Shown here: positions 1 to 11,171 of the stretch, piece by piece
Layout of the letters: every line of letters starts with the position of its first letter
How positions within the stretch are numbered: the first letter of the stretch is position 1
Origin: Octopus bimaculoides
Lineage: Eukaryota
NCBI RefSeq assembly: GCF_001194135.2
Contig: NC_068981.1
Span: 141,274,017-141,326,002 of the forward strand
DNA: 51,986 bases
Reading direction: 5' to 3'
Program-made: the position numbers and the translations under genes
Notes under the pieces: model-generated
The model's input: the letters and a program-made list of their open reading frames with translations, nothing else
Database searches by the model: none
Told to the model about the DNA's origin: nothing

Positions 1-29
1 CATGCTAGAGCATCACCTTTACTCGAAAA

Positions 30-428
30 AAATGACTCCAGCGATTATTCTTTGTAAGCTTACTACTTATTCTATCGATAACCTTTGCCAAAGTCACACA
101 CCAACATCGGTTGTCAAGCGATAGTGGGGAGAAAAACACAGGCACATAAACATATACATATGTATATATATACATGTGTATGTGTGTATGTGTGTGTGTG
201 TGTGTGTGTTTGTGCGTGTGTGTGTCTGTGTGTCTGTGTGTATCTGTGTGTCTGTGTGTGTGAGAGAGACGGGCTTCTTTCAGTTTCTGTCTTCCAAACC
301 CACTCAGAAGGCTTTGATCGGCCTGAGGCTAAATTGGAAGGCACTTGGCCAAAGATGCTACGCAGTTCGACTGAACCCAGAACCATGTGGTTAGTAGCAA
401 GCTACATACCACATAGCCACTCCTGCGC
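30..428 (-). mobile_element. tRNA-derived CORE-type SINE (octopus OR-like family), near full length, with internal (TG)n expansion
   Basis: The minus strand reads GCGCAGGAGTGGCTATGTGGTA...GGGTTCAGTCGAAC (A/B-box-like head), then CATCTTTGGCCAAGTGCC, which resembles the CORE motif CCTTGGGCAAGT. The same body recurs at 5913-6527, 32377-32522 and 37800-38309. The family name comes from recall. Confidence 0.85.
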
Positions 429-429
429 A

Positions 430-472
<43 letters not shown>

Positions 473-517
473 ATATATATATATATATATATACTTTATT
501 TAAAAGCAGCAAAAATA

Positions 518-574
518 TAACAAAAAAACCGTTACTCTGAGTTTCACGTTCCCGTTCATCGGACAGTTTTGTTA
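518..574 (-). ncRNA. Minimal type I hammerhead ribozyme motif (U4C variant), probably from a Penelope-like element terminus
   Basis: The minus strand reads UAACAAAACUGU-CCGAUGA-ACG(GGAA)CGU-GAAA-CUC(A)GAG-UA-ACGGUUUUUUUGUUA. Stems I, II and III and the core are in canonical order, with a GUA cleavage triplet. AATAAA and (TA)n follow downstream. Confidence 0.7.
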
Positions 575-3439
575 GAATTCTAACANNNNNNNNNNNNNNN
601 NNNNNNNNNNNNNNNNNNNNNNNNNNNNNNNNNNNNNNNNNNNNNNNNNNNNNNNNNNNNNNNNNNNNNNNNNNNNNNNNNNNNNNNNNNNNNNNNNNNN
701 NNNNNNNNNNNNNNNNNNNNNNNNNNNNNNNNNNNNNNNNNNNNNNNNNNNNNNNNNNNNNNNNNNNNNNNNNNNNNNNNNNNNNNNNNNNNNNNNNNNN
801 NNNNNNNNNNNNNNNNNNNNNNNNNNNNNNNNNNNNNNNNNNNNNNNNNNNNNNNNNNNNNNNNNNNNNNNNNNNNNNNNNNNNNNNNNNNNNNNNNNNN
901 NNNNNNNNNNNNNNNNNNNNNNNNNNNNNNNNNNNNNNNNNNNNNNNNNNNNNNNNNNNNNNNNNNNNNNNNNNNNNNNNNNNNNNNNNNNNNNNNNNNN
1001 NNNNNNNNNNNNNNNNNNNNNNNNNNNNNNNNNNNNNNNNNNNNNNNNNNNNNNNNNNNNNNNNNNNNNNNNNNNNNNNNNNNNNNNNNNNNNNNNNNNN
1101 NNNNNNNNNNNNNNNNNNNNNNNNNNNNNNNNNNNNNNNNNNNNNNNNNNNNNNNNNNNNNNNNNNNNNNNNNNNNNNNNNNNNNNNNNNNNNNNNNNNN
1201 NNNNNNNNNNNNNNNNNNNNNNNNNNNNNNNNNNNNNNNNNNNNNNNNNNNNNNNNNNNNNNNNNNNNNNNNNNNNNNNNNNNNNNNNNNNNNNNNNNNN
1301 NNNNNNNNNNNNNNNNNNNNNNNNNNNNNNNNNNNNNNNNNNNNNNNNNNNNNNNNNNNNNNNNNNNNNNNNNNNNNNNNNNNNNNNNNNNNNNNNNNNN
1401 NNNNNNNNNNNNNNNNNNNNNNNNCTACACACACATACATACATATATGCACATAGATAATATATATATATATACATATATACATATACATAGACACACA
1501 CATACACGCATACTACACACGCACAAACACAAACACATACGTGCATTTGAATACATAAGCACACGTAACATATACATGTGTTACCCGTTTTGTTTTTCAT
1601 ATTAGTATACAGATGTGCAGATTCAATATATATATTCCACTCCCACCTCGTTTTCAATACACTATTTATATTGCCGATTGTCATCAGTTGATGTATAATT
1701 ATTTAATTTGGTACATGGCTACTGTGATTTTATTCAATCATTGCAGAACGTGACTTACCTATCGCGTGTTTCGGTTAAGTGTATTATGCCCAGTAAATCG
1801 ATGCAAGATGATGAGCATTTCGAATATCAGTCATTTATTCCACTTGTCTTACGTGTTATATTAAACTGTTTGGCACAAAATACGTTGAAGAATGTTATTC
1901 TTAGTCTCAGGTTCTATCATACGGGACCACTTTAAATACCATAGTGTATTAATAGTCTCTGTAGCTGGAGCCAAATTGGAAAATCATTTTGGCAGTTAAT
2001 TCTGATGAATCCAAATACAGTTGATACGATTCTACCGTGCCAGTTGAATTTAAGATGGTAATTACATGACGTGCATCGTTCGAGCGTGACCATTTTAACG
2101 GAAAATCGAAGAAAATCTAAACGTACGTATATGTGTTTTTTTGCGTGTGTGCTTACTTGTCTCTTTATATGTATATATATGCATACATACATGCACACAA
2201 ACATTCTTGTATATATATATATATATNNNNNNNNNNNNNNNNNNNNNNNNNNNNNNNNNNNNNNNNNNNNNNNNNNNNNNNNNNNNNNNNNNNNNNNNNN
2301 NNNNNNNNNNNNNNNNNNNNNNNNNNNNNNNNNNNNNNNNNNNNNNNNNNNNNNNNNNNNNNNNNNNNNNNNNNNNNNNNNNNNNNNNNNNNNNNNNNNN
2401 NNNNNNNNNNNNNNNNNNNNNNNNNNNNNNNNNNNNNNNNNNNNNNNNNNNNNNNNNNNNNNNNNNNNNNNNNNNNNNNNNNNNNNNNNNNNNNNNNNNN
2501 NNNNNNNNNNNNNNNNNNNNNNNNNNNNNNNNNNNNNNNNNNNNNNNNNNNNNNNNNNNNNNNNNNNNNNNNNNNNNNNNNNNNNNNNNNNNNNNNNNNN
2601 NNNNNNNNNNNNNNNNNNNNNNNNNNNNNNNNNNNNNNNNNNNNNNNNNNNNNNNNNNNNNNNNNNNNNNNNNNNNNNNNNNNNNNNNNNNNNNNNNNNN
2701 NNNNNNNNNNNNNNNNNNNNNNNNNNNNNNNNNNNNNNNNNNNNNNNNNNNNNNNNNNNNNNNNNNNNNNNNNNNNNNNNNNNNNNNNNNNNNNNNNNNN
2801 NNNNNNNNNNNNNNNNNNNNNNNNNNNNNNNNNNNNNNNNNNNNNNNNNNNNNNNNNNNNNNNNNNNNNNNNNNNNNNNNNNNNNNNNNNNNNNNNNNNN
2901 NNNNNNNNNNNNNNNNNNNNNNNNNNNNNNNNNNNNNNNNNNNNNNNNNNNNNNNNNNNNNNNNNNNNNNNNNNNNNNNNNNNNNNNNNNNNNNNTGTGT
3001 GTGTGTGTGTGTGTAATAGAAATAGGAAATGATTGTATGCTTACTTCAAACCTTAGCAACTTCTTTTTACTTCATTCGTAAAATAAACATTTAAAAAATT
3101 TGAAATCGCATTTTCATCCAACTCTACGGAGCATCAAAAGTCAATAATTTTATATACATCACGACAGAATCTGCATTGCTTGTCAAATCATTCGTCTCGG
3201 CAATACAGCATAAAACGCAGTATAAGATCTGTATAGTTATATGAAGACACATGTCGCTCATTAGCATATTTATAATCGGAAACTTATTTAAATTGAATCA
3301 TACAAAGATAATGTATTTAATATTTCTTTGCTTAATACAAGGGGTTCGATCTAAATTGGACGATATTTTATGTCTCCTTTTTCAGGTACAGATTCATGGT
3401 CTGGCAAAAAGTAAACAGCATTGGATAGCATAAAGTTTA

Positions 3440-4082
3440 AAGGTGTAATTGATGAAAAAATCGAGCTGACATGGAAAATTGGAAACCATCTGAATATTGG
3501 AAAGAAAGTTATCTGTATCATCATGATTTGTGCCAGTTGTCAAAATGCCGACATAATGACTGTTGGTCAATACTTTGTGCACAATGTAAATGGGACATGG
3601 CCAGCTGCAGCAATGTGTGTGAAAAAGTGTCCAGCAGTGACTTGCACAACAGGCGTTCTGATTTTATCGACACTCTGATTACTCCCTACATGTTTGAACA
3701 TGGCTTGAGGCTCATTTGCGATGGCTAAATGAATCTGCTGGAGAGGGTGGATTCTAGAAGGTTATATATGTGGCAGCAAAATTCGGTTCCTTGCCAAAAC
3801 TGCAGAAAGAGCCAGACATGGCTGTCGTAGAATTTCTTAGGCTTCACTATCCCTAATTTCCGTCCTCTTAATTTGCCCTTCTTTAATCCCATGGTTTACT
3901 AAGTGTTGGCGCCCGGTTGTGACAGACACCATCCGCTCTGGTAGCAACGCCGAGTACGAGCTGTTGGCCAACATCAAGTAAGTGTGCGAAAGCCCTCTCA
4001 AGGATACAGTGAGAGAAGCATGCACCTGGTTCTGAAAAGGTCTTGAGGAGGTGGTGGTTTCTTAGTGAGACTACATTCAGTA
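3440..4082 (+). mobile_element. Degenerate Tc1/mariner-superfamily transposase relic, DD37D (maT-like)
   Basis: Fragmented translation gives PYMFEHGLRL..DG, WQQNSVPC (WQQDSAPCH-like) and NFRPLNLPFFNPMVY (WPPNSPDxNPMDY-like). Exactly 37 codons separate the two D-equivalent positions (3780 and 3894). Multiple stops and frameshifts are present. Confidence 0.7.
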
Positions 4083-4754
4083 AGCTATTATCTCCCAGTC
4101 ATAATTGGCTTGATGTTTTGATTTTTAATTACTAATCTTATTTCTTACCAGATATTGTTTCCATTCATCTATGCAAACTGAGCACGAAATCGAAGTGTTC
4201 TATATTTACGAAACTGTTCTTGACACACTTCCAAATAATACAGTTACACAGAAGTGTAAATGCACAAAATGAAATAATGATTTTAATTAGGATATTCTTC
4301 TGGAACTCAGTCGCAAGAACATTTGTAACACCCGAATAAAGCAAAATTAGTTTGAAATCATCTCTAAAAACTGTCTCCTTGTTATTGTTCACTTTGACAT
4401 CTCAATTTGCTCACAAACAAAGGATCGATAGTGTTTGAAGCCTATTTGTACGACAGTGAATATGTCGCACGGTGAATCTGCAGCTATGACTAAAAATATC
4501 TTTCGAGAAAGATATAGCCGTTGTTTCTTGTGTAACATTTAGTCACCGAATTTAAGGTAAGACATTTTTTGTTATTTCTCTGTCTTTTCAAATGATATAC
4601 AGAACATCATTTTCTGTGCTTTCATATCATATAACGTCTTATGTGTGTGTACACTCACACATACACACAGACACACACATACACACTCACACACACACAC
4701 ACACACATATATATGTAATATGTAATAATAGATTATAACATATATTACATTATA

Positions 4755-5901
4755 TTGGGTTGAGGAATAATCTATGAGCGTTTTTTTCTTCAAATTTGTT
4801 AAAAAAACAAACAAAACTACTACAAATCAATCAATAACATACTCTCCATTGTGATTTACGACTTCCTCCCATCATTCAATAAGATTTTCGATGCCTCGGC
4901 GACAGAAATCTCACGGTCTTGACTCAAATAATTCGTCCAACCAAGCCACGTTATTGAAGGCTACACCACGCAAAGCGTTCGAAAGCGGTCGAAAGGTTTG
5001 AAAATCTGACGGTGCCAAGACTGGAGAGTATAGAGGCTAAGGCAGCACTTTCCATTCGAGTTCTTGAATCGCAGGTTTGAAGATGAAGGTCTCGTTTTGC
5101 TGGTGGAGTCATTGTTTTGCAGAGCTGAGCCATTCTTTTCGCTGCTTCCTATTGACATAAAGGAACCAATTTTCACCGCCAGTGACAACGTGGTAAAGAA
5201 AACGCTGTTTGTAATCATGTGTTGAGCGATGTCGATCGAGCAAAAACAGGTGGCATTTGTAGAGCGTTGGTTTTTGTTGTTTTCGTTCAAAGCGTGTGGC
5301 ACCCAAGCGCCGAGTTTCTGAACCTTGCCCATTGAGTGATCGTGGTTAACCACAGTTTTTTTTTCCTTTTTTTTTTATCACAATCCATCTACTCCGACAA
5401 TTCTTTGGTGGTTTGACGTGGATTTTCGTGAAGAAGTTGATTCAATCGCTTTTCATCGAAGTCAATCGGTCGACTTGTGCGTGATCCATCCTTGAGGTCA
5501 AATTTCCCATTTTTGAAACGTGAAAACCAACGAAAGGTACTGCTCCTTCTCCATACACAGCACAAATCTCACGAGCAGCTCCCGTGGCCTTAAAACCTCG
5601 AATAAATGCAAGGAGCAAATGGTTGTCGGTAATGCTCAGTTTTATCTACTTGACATTTCATTTTAATATCTGAAAATACCGAAAAATCAATAGAATTAAA
5701 ACATCACAACACTTTCTTGCAGAGCAAAGAATTCTCTCTTAAATAACATAAAACATTTTGTCAATGCGTTTAATTATTCTTTTATTTGCTTCAGTCATTT
5801 GACTGGGGTCATGCTGCAGCAACGCATTTAGTCAAACAAATCGACCCCAGCGTCCACTTTTAAGTTCGAAAAATTCGCTCATTAGCTATTCCTCAACCCA
5901 A
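4755..5901 (-). mobile_element. Mariner (DD34D-type) DNA transposon, internally deleted, with both TIRs
   Basis: TIRs are TTGGGTTGAGGAATA (4755-4769) and TATTCCTCAACCCAA (5887-5901), each flanked by TA. The transposase relic runs 5661 to 4827 with MKCQVDK, LGAWVPHAL, VTGGENWFLYVN, a (Y)SPDLAPSDF-like segment and VNHNGEYVID*. The region around the second catalytic D is missing. Confidence 0.92.
5777..5850 (-). mobile_element. SINE 3' tail fragment nested inside the mariner 5' UTR
   Basis: TTCTTTTATTTGCTTCAGTCATTTGACTGGGGTCATGCTG...AAATCGACCCCAG matches the tail of the CORE-type SINE at 5913 onward. It lies between the mariner ATG and the right TIR. Confidence 0.75.
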
Positions 5902-5912
5902 TACTATATCAT

Positions 5913-6527
5913 ATTCTTTTATTCTTTTACTTGTTTCAACCATTCGACTGCGGCCGTACAGGAGTACCACTTTAAAGTGTTTTAGCCGAAGAAATCAACC
6001 CTATGACTTATTTTTTGTAAGCCTAATACTTCTTCTGTCGGTCTCATATGCTGAACCCCTGAGTTACCGGGACATGATAATACGAGCATCGGTTGTCAAG
6101 CGATGTCGTGCAGAAAACTCACACACACACACACACAAATTCAACGGGTTTCTTTTAGTTTCTTATTTGTTTACTGCCCACAAGGGGCTACACACAGAAG
6201 GTACAAACAAATACAGACAAACGAATTAAGTCGATTATATCGACCCCAGTGTGTAACTGTTACTTATTTAATCGACCCTGAAAGGTTGAAAGGCAATGTT
6301 GACCTCGGCGTAATTTGAACTCAGAACGTAACGGCAGACGAAATACCACCAAGCATTTCGCCCAGTGTGCTAACGTTTCTGCCAGCTCACCGCCGCCTCT
6401 TAGTTTCTTTTAGTTTCTGTCTACCAAATCTACTCACAAGGCTTTGGTACAAGACACTTGTCCAAGGTGCCACGCAGTGGGACTAAACCCGGAACAATGT
6501 GGTTGGTGAGCAAGCTACTTACCATAC
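5913..6527 (-). mobile_element. CORE-type SINE interrupted by a second SINE; head runs into the gap
   Basis: Tail (5913-6110), (CA)n, then the body TGTCTACCAAATCTACTCACAAGG...CCAAGGTGCCACGCAGTGGGACTAAACCCGGAAC resumes after 6418. Confidence 0.85.
6164..6402 (-). mobile_element. Second-family tRNA-derived SINE, full length, with 16-bp target-site duplication
   Basis: The head is GGCGGCGGTGAGCTGGCAGAAACGTTAG...CTGAGTTCAAAT (A/B boxes), with central GCCTTTCAACCTTTCAGGGTCGAT. The direct repeat GTTTCTTTTAGTTTCT flanks it at 6148-6163 and 6403-6418. Confidence 0.9.
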
Positions 6528-7134
6528 NNNNNNNNNNNNNNNNNNNNNNNNNNNNNNNNNNNNNNNNNNNNNNNNNNNNNNNNNNNNNNNNNNNNNNNNN
6601 NNNNNNNNNNNNNNNNNNNNNNNNNNNNNNNNNNNNNNNNNNNNNNNNNNNNNNNNNNNNNNNNNNNNNNNNNNNNNNNNNNNNNNNNNNNNNNNNNNNN
6701 NNNNNNNNNNNNNNNNNNNNNNNNNNNNNNNNNNNNNNNNNNNNNNNNNNNNNNNNNNNNNNNNNNNNNNNNNNNNNNNNNNNNNNNNNNNNNNNNNNNN
6801 NNNNNNNNNNNNNNNNNNNNNNNNNNNNNNNNNNNNNNNNNNNNNNNNNNNNNNNNNNNNNNNNNNNNNNNNNNNNNNNNNNNNNNNNNNNNNNNNNNNN
6901 NNNNNNNNNNNNNNNNNNNNNNNNNNNNNNNNNNNNNNNNNNNNNNNNNNNNNNNNNNNNNNNNNNNNNNNNNNNNNNNNNNNNNNNNNNNNNNNNNNNN
7001 NNNNNNNNNNNNNNNNNNNNNNNNNNNNNNNNNNNNNNNNNNNNNNNNNNNNNNNNNNNAGTTACTAACTATGTCTGATTCAGTGATTTAAAGCTAGATG
7101 TTTTACTCATTATATTTATATAGTTGTATATTTA

Positions 7135-7236
<102 letters not shown>

Positions 7237-7274
7237 TCAAAAGAACGCAACATGATATCAGCTAATCATATACA

Positions 7275-7648
7275 ACAAGAGCGCTCAAAGAACGCAAATA
7301 TCCACCAAGGCAACACCAAAGTCCTCTCTACGATTCACCAGAGACGATTTTTAAAATGAGAATATCTGAAATAAACTCGACTGCTCTCACAAGCGAGAAT
7401 ACTAAAAAGTGAACACAACCAATCTCAAACATTAAGCAAAAAATGAAACAAGAAAAGCAATCTAGAATCTGTGTCCGGTACCAGATCAATCCTAAAATCT
7501 ACGCGGGTCGTGCCAGTTACGGGGACTAGTTTCTCCGAAATTTTCATCCGAATCAATCCAATGGTTCTTGAGATATTTTGTCCCTGGACAAACAAGGAAA
7601 CAAACACGACCGAAAACCATATCCACACCTTCGCTAAGCCGGAGGTAA
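7275..7648 (+). mobile_element. Non-autonomous Helentron-associated (HINE/DINE-1-like) element
   Basis: It contains AAATTTTCATCCGAATCAATCCAATGGTTCTTGAGATATT, an ACAAAC microsatellite-like tract, and a 3' stem-loop ACCTTCG-CTAAGC-CGGAGGT. A 5' subterminal ATCCACC is a degenerate complement of the 3' CGGAGG end. The classification is by recalled structure. Confidence 0.6.
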
Positions 7649-8214
7649 TTAAAGGTTATCTTTTTGTGGTTCTTTTAAATGAAATCAACTTCACTTTAGA
7701 TGCAAATTCAAAATTTCTGTCCCATAGATATGTATATATATATAAATTTCTGTCNNNNNNNNNNATATATATATAAGTATATTTATATACATATATATAC
7801 ACACATCTATGTTTGTATGCATTAAAACCTCGAACACCTGTTTAGCTCCGATGTATAGTGAGTTCCAATTTGAGTTCTAATTTTCGCAGATTGGAAACTC
7901 TTTATATTGCAAAGTCATTATTTCTTTCCTTGGGACAACACATGCAATTACATATTTCATAAATTGGTTTCAGTATTTACATGAATTATTTAATCTTGGC
8001 TCTACAAATCACCTGGTTACATATATGTGTGTGTATGTGTGTGTGTGTGTGTGTGTATGTGTGTGTGTTAGTGTGTGTATTATTCATACTATATTATACA
8101 TATACAATAATATAGACATCACTATCTATATATGCACACACACACGCGCGCGTGCACACACATACGCACACACATACATACACATACGCGCGTATATATA
8201 AACGCATACAGAAA

Positions 8215-8325
8215 TTCTTTTCTTCATTCACCTATTCTAGTCATTTGACTGCGACCAGTGGAACTGAACCCGGAACTATGTGGGTGGGAACCAAGCTTCT
8301 TACCACACAACCATCCCTGCGCCTA
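8215..8325 (-). mobile_element. Internally deleted CORE-type SINE (head fused directly to tail)
   Basis: The tail motif AGTCATTTGACTGCGACCA joins directly to the head motif GTGGAACTGAACCCGGAACTATGTGG, with no CORE or body in between. Confidence 0.7.
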
Positions 8326-8688
8326 TATCTATATATATATATATATATATATNNNNNNNNNNNNNNNNNNNNNNNNNNNNNNNNNNNNNNNNNNNNNNNN
8401 NNNNNNNNNNNNNNNNNNNNNNNNNNNNNNNNNNNNNNNNNNNNNNNNNNNNNNNNNNNNNNNNNNNNNNNNNNNNNNNNNNNNNNNNNNNNNNNNNNNN
8501 NNNNNNNNNNNNNNNNNNNNNNNNNNNNNNNNNNNNNNNNNNNNNNNNNNNNNNNNNNNNNNNNNNNNNNNNNNNNNNNNNNNNNNNNNNNNNNNNNNNN
8601 NNNNNNNNNNNNNNNNNNNNNNNNNNNNNNNNNNNNNNNNNNNNNNNNNNNNNNNNNNNNNNNNNNNNNNNNNNNNNNNNNNNNNNNN

Positions 8689-8737
<49 letters not shown>

Positions 8738-10066
8738 TATATCGAAATACACCCACGTGATTGACTGTGTATGTACGGTAAATCTGCTTCAGAGTTTTAT
8801 ATACATACGTTATAAGCACTTGTATTTTTGTGCGTAAAGACGTATGTGTTGCTTGCACATGATTTTGTACACATCCGTAAGTAATTTTTTTGTTCTTTGT
8901 CCATTTACCGGAATGCGTTAGAATTTTTATACTTCTTATAGCCTAAAGGGATAACTTTTTCTTTTTCTTCTACAAGCTACTTTGACAGACATCAATACAA
9001 GTGGAAGCCACTTAATATTTACTACATTATGTGCAGTGCTTTGTTCAGACAAATTCCTCTGTATGACTAGTGATGGTCAATATTGAAGTAGCAATTGATC
9101 CTATAAACCTCTATGAAAGTTACAGCAAAGCTTTGCACTTTAGTTTATGAACAAATAGAATAAATACGATGTTGTTGCGTTGTAGGAAACATTACATTAT
9201 GGTGATTATAACTAGCATTGTGACTCACTTCACCGCTCTTCTAATATCTTCTATATTACTAAATTTAAGGTAAGAAAAGCGCTTTCACTATTTTCTTCCT
9301 CCAATTACATTTAGTTATATGAATAAGTGATGCTTCCCATTCTGGCGGCGGTGAAAATTCACGATCGGTAAAAGCGGTTGTAGCGCAATCATACATCACA
9401 CAGATATTATCAACGCATATGAGCATTATGTCACCTCACGTGCCTGCATGCTCTTCTACGCATATAATATTCTCATTACATAAAATGTGCATGCATTCAA
9501 ATAAAGATACGCGCACTTACACACTCTGATACAAAGATACCCACAATCAGATGCATAACAATATGAATTTGCGTATGTCTGTCCAAATGAGCATATGATT
9601 GTATGTGTGAATAATATAAAGAAGCACACACTTCCAGTGTTTGAGACCGAGAAATACATATTCAATTACATTCAGGAGGCCATGTATGTGTATATGCCTG
9701 CATGCAATCGTTACATTTATTGATACCCAGCATCTAATCCATGTTCCATTAAACAACGATGGCTATATACCTTATATAGCAAATTGGTTAATGTGAAGCA
9801 TATAGTCCGGCGTTGTACTGTTCATTGATCACATAAATATTTGTGCTCATAAGCGTTTTTACTTTTATATATGATTACATTGGATAATGGCTGGAAGATA
9901 CAATGGATATAAGGCAGACTTCTGGCTGGAATTTCAGAGAAGCTAGTGACTTCATCAATATGATGGTAGACCAAGATATTTTCAATATATTGTATACGTA
10001 CACGCAAGCGCAAGCACACACATGCATTAATTGAAATATCCATATATCTGTATATATGTATGAGCG

Positions 10067-10107
<41 letters not shown>

Positions 10108-10126
10108 GTGTGTGTGTGTCTGTGTT

Positions 10127-10167
<41 letters not shown>

Positions 10168-10783
10168 NNNNNNNNNNNNNNNNNNNNNNNNNNNNNNNNN
10201 NNNNNNNNNNNNNNNNNNNNNNNNNNNNNNNNNNNNNNNNNNNNNNNNNNNNNNNNNNNNNNNNNNNNNNNNNNNNNNNNNNNNNNNNNNNNNNNNNNNN
10301 NNNNNNNNNNNNNNNNNNNNNNNNNNNNNNNNNNNNNNNNNNNNNNNNNNNNNNNNNNNNNNNNNNNNNNNNNNNNNNNNNNNNNNNNNNNNNNNNNNNN
10401 NNNNNNNNNNNNNNNNNNNNNNNNNNNNNNNNNNNNNNNNNNNNNNNNNNNNNNNNNNNNNNNNNNNNNNNNNNNNNNNNNNNNNNNNNNNNNNNNNNNN
10501 NNNNNNNNNNNNNNNNNNNNNNNNNNNNNNNNNNNNNNNNNNNNNNNNNNNNNNNNNNNNNNNNNNNNNNNNNNNNNNNNNNNNNNNNNNNNNNNNNNNN
10601 NNNNNNNNNNNNNNNNNNNNNNNNNNNNNNNNNNNNNNNNNNNNNNNNNNNNNNNNNNNNNNNNNNNNNNNNNNNNNNNNNNNNNNNNNNNNNNNNNNNN
10701 NNNNNNNNNNNNNNNNNNNNNNNNNNNNNNNNNNNNNNNNNNNNNNNNNNNNNNNNNNNNNNNNNNNNNNNNNNNNNNNNNNN

Positions 10784-10820
10784 GTGTAGGATTTTCAAAT
10801 TGTTTTTGAAAATCCTACAC
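10784..10820. repeat. Perfect 16-bp inverted repeat with 5-nt loop
   Basis: GTGTAGGATTTTCAAA-TTGTT-TTTGAAAATCCTACAC. The left arm abuts an N-gap. Confidence 0.9.
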
Positions 10821-10914
10821 GACTAGGTGAAAAGCGCTTTATTTAATATGTGACATTAATAAAAATCTGTAAATGTACAAACATCCAGATTTCTGAGTAC
10901 CTTACTTTTTTCTA

Positions 10915-10988
<74 letters not shown>

Positions 10989-11093
10989 CGTACATTATAT
11001 ATTCGTATGTATCTGAGTATAAGTATAAATAAATATATTTGTACATATATTTAAGCAGATATTTATACTGTCGCAATTTTATATCATTAAATT

Positions 11094-11105
11094 TGCGCAT
11101 GCGCA
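11094..11105. promoter_or_regulatory. Perfect NRF-1-type palindrome TGCGCATGCGCA
   Basis: This is an exact match to the NRF-1 consensus YGCGCAYGCGCR in otherwise AT-rich DNA. Function is unproven. Confidence 0.25.
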
Positions 11106-11171
11106 TTGTTTTTTTTTTTTTTTTTTCGACTACACAGTACAGTGGGAGAAGTTGAGAAAAACAGCAGCATG

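Noticed and set aside
1759-1830. Strong minus-strand donor AG|GTAAGT, with a similar one at 14585
   Set aside because: No convincing acceptor and frame combination fits. Such motifs are expected by chance.
6330-6402. tRNA-like A/B boxes here and in other copies
   Set aside because: They are SINE heads with no cloverleaf or acceptor stem, not tRNA genes.
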